Below, one piece after another: positions 59,725 through 64,000 of a stretch of 64,000 nt of DNA (the first letter of the stretch is position 1; each line of letters begins with the position of its first letter). The stretch is from Chlorokybus atmophyticus. Lineage: Eukaryota; Plantae; Mesostigma and Chlorokybus algae. A program made the position numbers and the translations under genes. The notes beneath the pieces are model-generated. The model ran no database searches. It had not been told where the DNA came from and worked only from the letters and a program-made list of their open reading frames with translations. The DNA is taken from contig RHPI01001132.1 in assembly GCA_009103225.1 (NCBI GenBank), positions 62,001-126,000 of the forward strand, in the 5' to 3' direction.

Positions 59725-61589
59725 AAGACATTGCAAACCGATGCGCGTGTTGCAACCACATAGTGCATGTGAAGGTGAATAGATGGAATTGGAAATCAAT
59801 TTTGTTGATATGGTGCCCCTATGGCAGCTTGCACACGTTATGCATTGAATGTGTTTCGATTGGGCTGTAAGTATCGTGTACAAATTGAGATTGTTATGTA
59901 CAATAACGATGTACAACATCAACGTCCACATCATACCATGTTAATGGCGTGTATGTGTACATGTAAGTCAATTGCATTGATGTTGTATTGCAGGCGATAC
60001 ACATTTTGCAACTTACATGACATACCGAATAGGATAGTGTGTGAAGATTGCTGCACTCGTATGCATTAAGCTGTCATGTACTATTGAACAAGTTATTACA
60101 TGCTATCATTTGGCAACATAACATTCAATTGGCGTAATACTACCCATATTACAATAAGGTGGAATTGCATGTACAGTATGTTGACCTCGCGGTCACATTA
60201 TGTACAACACTGTTGTACAACATCAATAACCAAATTATACCTAGTCAATAGCATGTATGTGCGTTCGGCAATGTGTTGCATTGACGTTGTGTTGCACATG
60301 ATACACAATCTGAAACATGCTGGTTATAAGACGGATAAAGCATAATAAAATAAATGATGCTGAGTCCATTCGTATTAGGTGTTACGTAGGAGTAAACAAA
60401 AGCTCTATTAAATGGTCGATCGCTTGGTAACATGATGACAAATATCAATAGCTATATTCAACAGCGGAGATGTAGTGACGCGCACTCAAGCTTATTATAT
60501 ATTTATCTTGCGGAAGAGGTATGCATAATGGTAATGATGCACAACATTACAGAAAAATAGTATATCATATTATCTCAACAAAACTGCATATATGCGGATA
60601 AAGTGATGAGAGCATGTGTGAATCTACAACTTTTGTGCATTGCATACATACAAGAGTTGTACTGTACTTTGCATACATAAGTATGTTGCATTGATGTTGT
60701 ATTGTATATTATACACATTTTAAGTTATGCAAGATACAAGCTAGAGCAATACGATCGTATTAGATAGATATGTACGTATGTACTCAAGTGGGTGTTATGT
60801 AGCGTTGTGATAAACCAATGCAATACAATTATTTGTTGACTTAAATACACGGCATATGTCTCTACCCGCAGCACCATAGACGTAAAACAACGTGCACTTT
60901 GATGTACAACTTATTCATGCACGGCCACCACACACAAATTATGGCAAGTTATGTCATGGATGTGCAATGTCTGTCATCACATGTGCCATATATAGCTGAT
61001 TCATTAACAAGACATTGTCATTGTCTTCATGTTAGTGATCCCTATCGTTACGAAAGTTTTGATAATTGCAATATGCATCTCTGAGATGACTTAAGTTGTG
61101 TAAGAGTTTTGGCAATTGACGTTGTATGCTTGAGGTAATAGTTGAAGCCAAGCGATTTAAGATCTCTCAATAAGCTTTGTATCAACTATAATTAAAATTC
61201 TTCAAGAAAGTTACTTTCTTGTATACTGTTTTGCTGTGTGCAGCAGTGTTGCATATATGTATGCTAAGTTGTATAGCTACTCAATTGTATGGAGTGATGC
61301 ATAGCTTTTCGCGGGTTGTAAGGTAGACTTTGAACTTACCATAGAAGTGTGCATCCGATTTATTCAATTTGCTGTAGGAGCACTTTTATCAAGGCATACG
61401 CTTACAATGTGAGCTATTACGTCTCTCAATAACCTACTTGCCGCAAGTACCTTGCAATGCGGTCCAGTAGTCGGCTTTGCAAGTGTATATATAAACACTT
61501 ACAACATTCACTGGATGCATGTCTAACAGCACCATCCGCGCAACACCTCACAGGAAGCCACAAAAGTTCATGAAGGAACGAGAGCCTTT

Positions 61590-62720
61590 CCACTCGCCTT
61601 TCCACTCGCCATTAGCCTGAGTCACACCAAATAGCACGGGACTCCTCTGTAGGGTGCTAAGAGGCCTAGGGCATTGCAATGGTTAAGCAGGTGAACCCCT
61701 TGATTCAATCGTGCTATATAATTAAGTTGGGCACCCCACACAAGAGCAGAGCCTCTACCCTTGTCGGGTGCAAATTGTGTAAAGCTAACCACCCAGGGCC
61801 AGGCTTTTGTAACAAATTTGCTAGCTAATGCTACTGAGCACTAGCCTACATGTTCATACAATATCAGTCACAACAGTGTAAGCAATTGAGAACTACTACT
61901 TAGTTCTTATGCAGAATCGTCACAGCTAGGGATGGTCCCAAGTCCTTCTCTTCAGAGCAGGCTTCCAAAGACACACTCGTAGAGACTACTTGCCTCAAGG
62001 TCGGTCTTCCTTCGCACACCGCTCCAAACCCCAGCACTCAGCCTACTAAAAGTAGAGCAAGGGGAAGGCCTCTTCAACAGCTACCGTCAAGCACCTTTCA
62101 CACACTATACCAGTACGTATTGCGCATTATGAAGTCAACAGTTGTGATTGTCTGGGCTTCGCCAGCAACCTCCTTATATACTCAAATTTGCTGCCTTCCC
62201 ACTTAGCCACGCATGGACCGAGTAGCACCTTATCAGCCAGCTGGCTAAGTGCCCTCCCATCTACACGTGCTGACCTTAGTCATGCTCCGCCACCTTGGGC
62301 TGTAGAGTTAGCAATCAAACACATCAAGTTACAATTCACTATTTAATTGTCTTAATAGAGCATCCTTTCGCGGATGATACCAACACGGAGTGGTCCTCAT
62401 ATGAGGCAGCAAAGCATGTGACATCACATCATGTGACTGTGTACTGCTTGGCCATGTGCTAGCTCCTCCTAATACTTGTACAATTTCTGGCATAAGGCGC
62501 TTAGGCTGAGAGATTGGTTGCAAACATGTGTCCCACTGTGCATTAGATCAACACATGGGAAGAGCAGACATCTGCAACCAGCCGTCAAGCTATGCCATAG
62601 TTTGCAGCACATGAGAAAGAGTAAAGTCCTGCCTCTTGAGCGTGGCACCCCTCCCCACTTGCATTGCAGCGCCCTCGCTGCAAATGGATGGACTTCATGT
62701 CTGAACAAGTAAGCAAGACC
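61590..62720 (-). pseudogene. Degenerate Ty3/gypsy pol relic (integrase, then the start of RT)
   Basis: Minus-strand fragments: HPFAARALQ..GGVPRSRGRTLLFLMC, KRLMPEIVQVLG, RTTPCWYHPRKDALLRQLN, DKVLL..AKWEG, KPGPGWLALHNLH, SPVLFGVTQANGEWK. Frameshifted and full of stops. Confidence 0.45.
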
Positions 62721-62976
62721 AAGGTGGCCAACCTTGCGGCTCTCTATGCGTGAAATTGTGCAAGTCACGAAATTGCAAAACATAACCAATTGCGAGCGGG
62801 TAAATGGCAACCAAGGAAAGAAACTGACAGCATGCGCACTTGCTTGCCAGCAGAGCTAACACACTTGTGTTGCTCTTAAATGGCCCTGTGGATCAAAGTT
62901 TGCTCTCAAACTCCGCAACGATGTCCGCACATCTGATCATGTTAGCAATAAGCTGGGTGTTAAGTTCCTCACCATA

Positions 62977-63208
62977 CACACCGCCTGACGTTCAAAAACC
63001 ATGACTGGTTCGTGCCGCCGGACCGGGATTGTTCCCTACAGCATGAATTTGGTGGACCATACACGGTCCGTTTTTCATCGACCGTCGGACCATTCATGGT
63101 TCTAATATCACGTGAATGGTACCATGGTCCCTTGGTATGCACCAGCTAAGGTCCGACCAATTGCGGCTGCATAGGGACCAGTGTATGGTCCGGCCTGCGG
63201 ACCAAATA
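62977..63208 (+). repeat. GGACC/GGTCC-rich dispersed repeat, copy 2
   Basis: Homologous to the reverse complement of 27576-27815. Confidence 0.8.
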
Positions 63209-63334
63209 CCAATATGTATTATTGAGGGCAATTGCAGTAAAACCTACATTATTTGTAGCCGGCGGCACCGGCCACGCTCGACCAAGGCTGCGGCGAACCC
63301 CGCGGCGTTAGGGGAATAATTTGTTAAGAAACAT

Positions 63335-63405
63335 GCATTCGATCGGATTCGAACACAGGACCTTTCGAACAAACAAAGACGACGTCATAACCACTATTAT
63401 ACTAC
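63335..63405 (-). pseudogene. Degenerate tRNA-like sequence
   Basis: Minus strand has TAATAGTGGTTATGAC (A-box-like) and CGAAAGGTCCTGTGTTCGAATCC (variable loop + B box). Stems do not close. Confidence 0.3.
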
Positions 63406-64000
63406 TTTGTACAAGATGAACGATTTGCATTCCATTTGTTTCAAACAATTATCCTACCTACACTCCAACTTTGGCAAGAACACCTAAGCCCTTACAATCA
63501 TGTGCGTTCATCGTTATCAGTATGGTTTACGTGATGAACAACTATGAATGCATTGGACATTCTACCTGTACCGACAGTGGCTAGCAATGATGCGAAATGC
63601 CGTCGATGTGACATCAATATCGCACAGTCAGCAGCATGCTGCCGATGTAACAAGGATCTTACTTAGATGAGACTTATGCATCCAGGTTCACGATCCACTT
63701 GTCTTGTTCATGAGCATGAGTATGCACTTCGAAGCGCAATCGAGATGAGGCGCATGATTCTTGTGAAGCGCGGCGGCGCATTTAAACTGGGCGAGAAAGG
63801 CGAACTTTCGGGCATCGCAAGCAACGCCGCCGCTGAGGTAACGGCCGTAACTGCCTCTGTCGCCTGACACGTGTGTGTCAAGCAACAGAGGCAAACCGTA
63901 AGTTAAACTATATATGCTAATCACTTCCTAATCAATTTGTTAAACGAAACTCGCCGGCCAATAGTTAAAGCCGACGAGGAATGCCCATTATACTACTTTG

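Overview
Eukaryotic nuclear DNA from the green lineage. It has GC-rich exons, short GT-AG introns rich in (TG/CA)n and TGCA, two N gaps, and plastid-type genes. The clade is uncertain: an early-diverging streptophyte or chlorophyte alga is plausible. About 15 protein-coding genes were assembled by hand from exons: ETF-QO (5' part), ADP/ATP carrier, Nu-class GST, SLC35F6-like transporter, beta-carotene hydroxylase, a trihelix/SANT-like protein, two GT2-type glycosyltransferases, an HTH/coiled-coil protein, a HutX/ChuX-like protein, TAF12, TOM1/THH1, SEX4-like glucan phosphatase, a PAP2 phosphatase and RPAIN. There is one tRNA-Thr(CGU). The AT-rich block at 19-28 kb holds a complete TA-flanked Tigger/pogo transposon whose intron-containing 556-aa ORF is broken only by a 1410-bp nested non-autonomous element, plus degenerate Ty3/gypsy relics and tRNA-like interleaved inverted repeats. 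Main leads: (1) a structured region at 34.94-35.38 kb with the layout of a telomerase RNA core (closing helix, boundary hairpin, AACCCUAAA template, pseudoknot); (2) a nuclear cyanobacterial-type HutX/ChuX heme-carrier gene with a His-rich linker; (3) a trihelix-like DNA-binding domain fused to a SnoaL/NTF2-like domain; (4) a Tc1-type HTH fused to a coiled coil with no DDE domain. Family calls come from remembered motifs, not database searches, and several terminal exons are unresolved.
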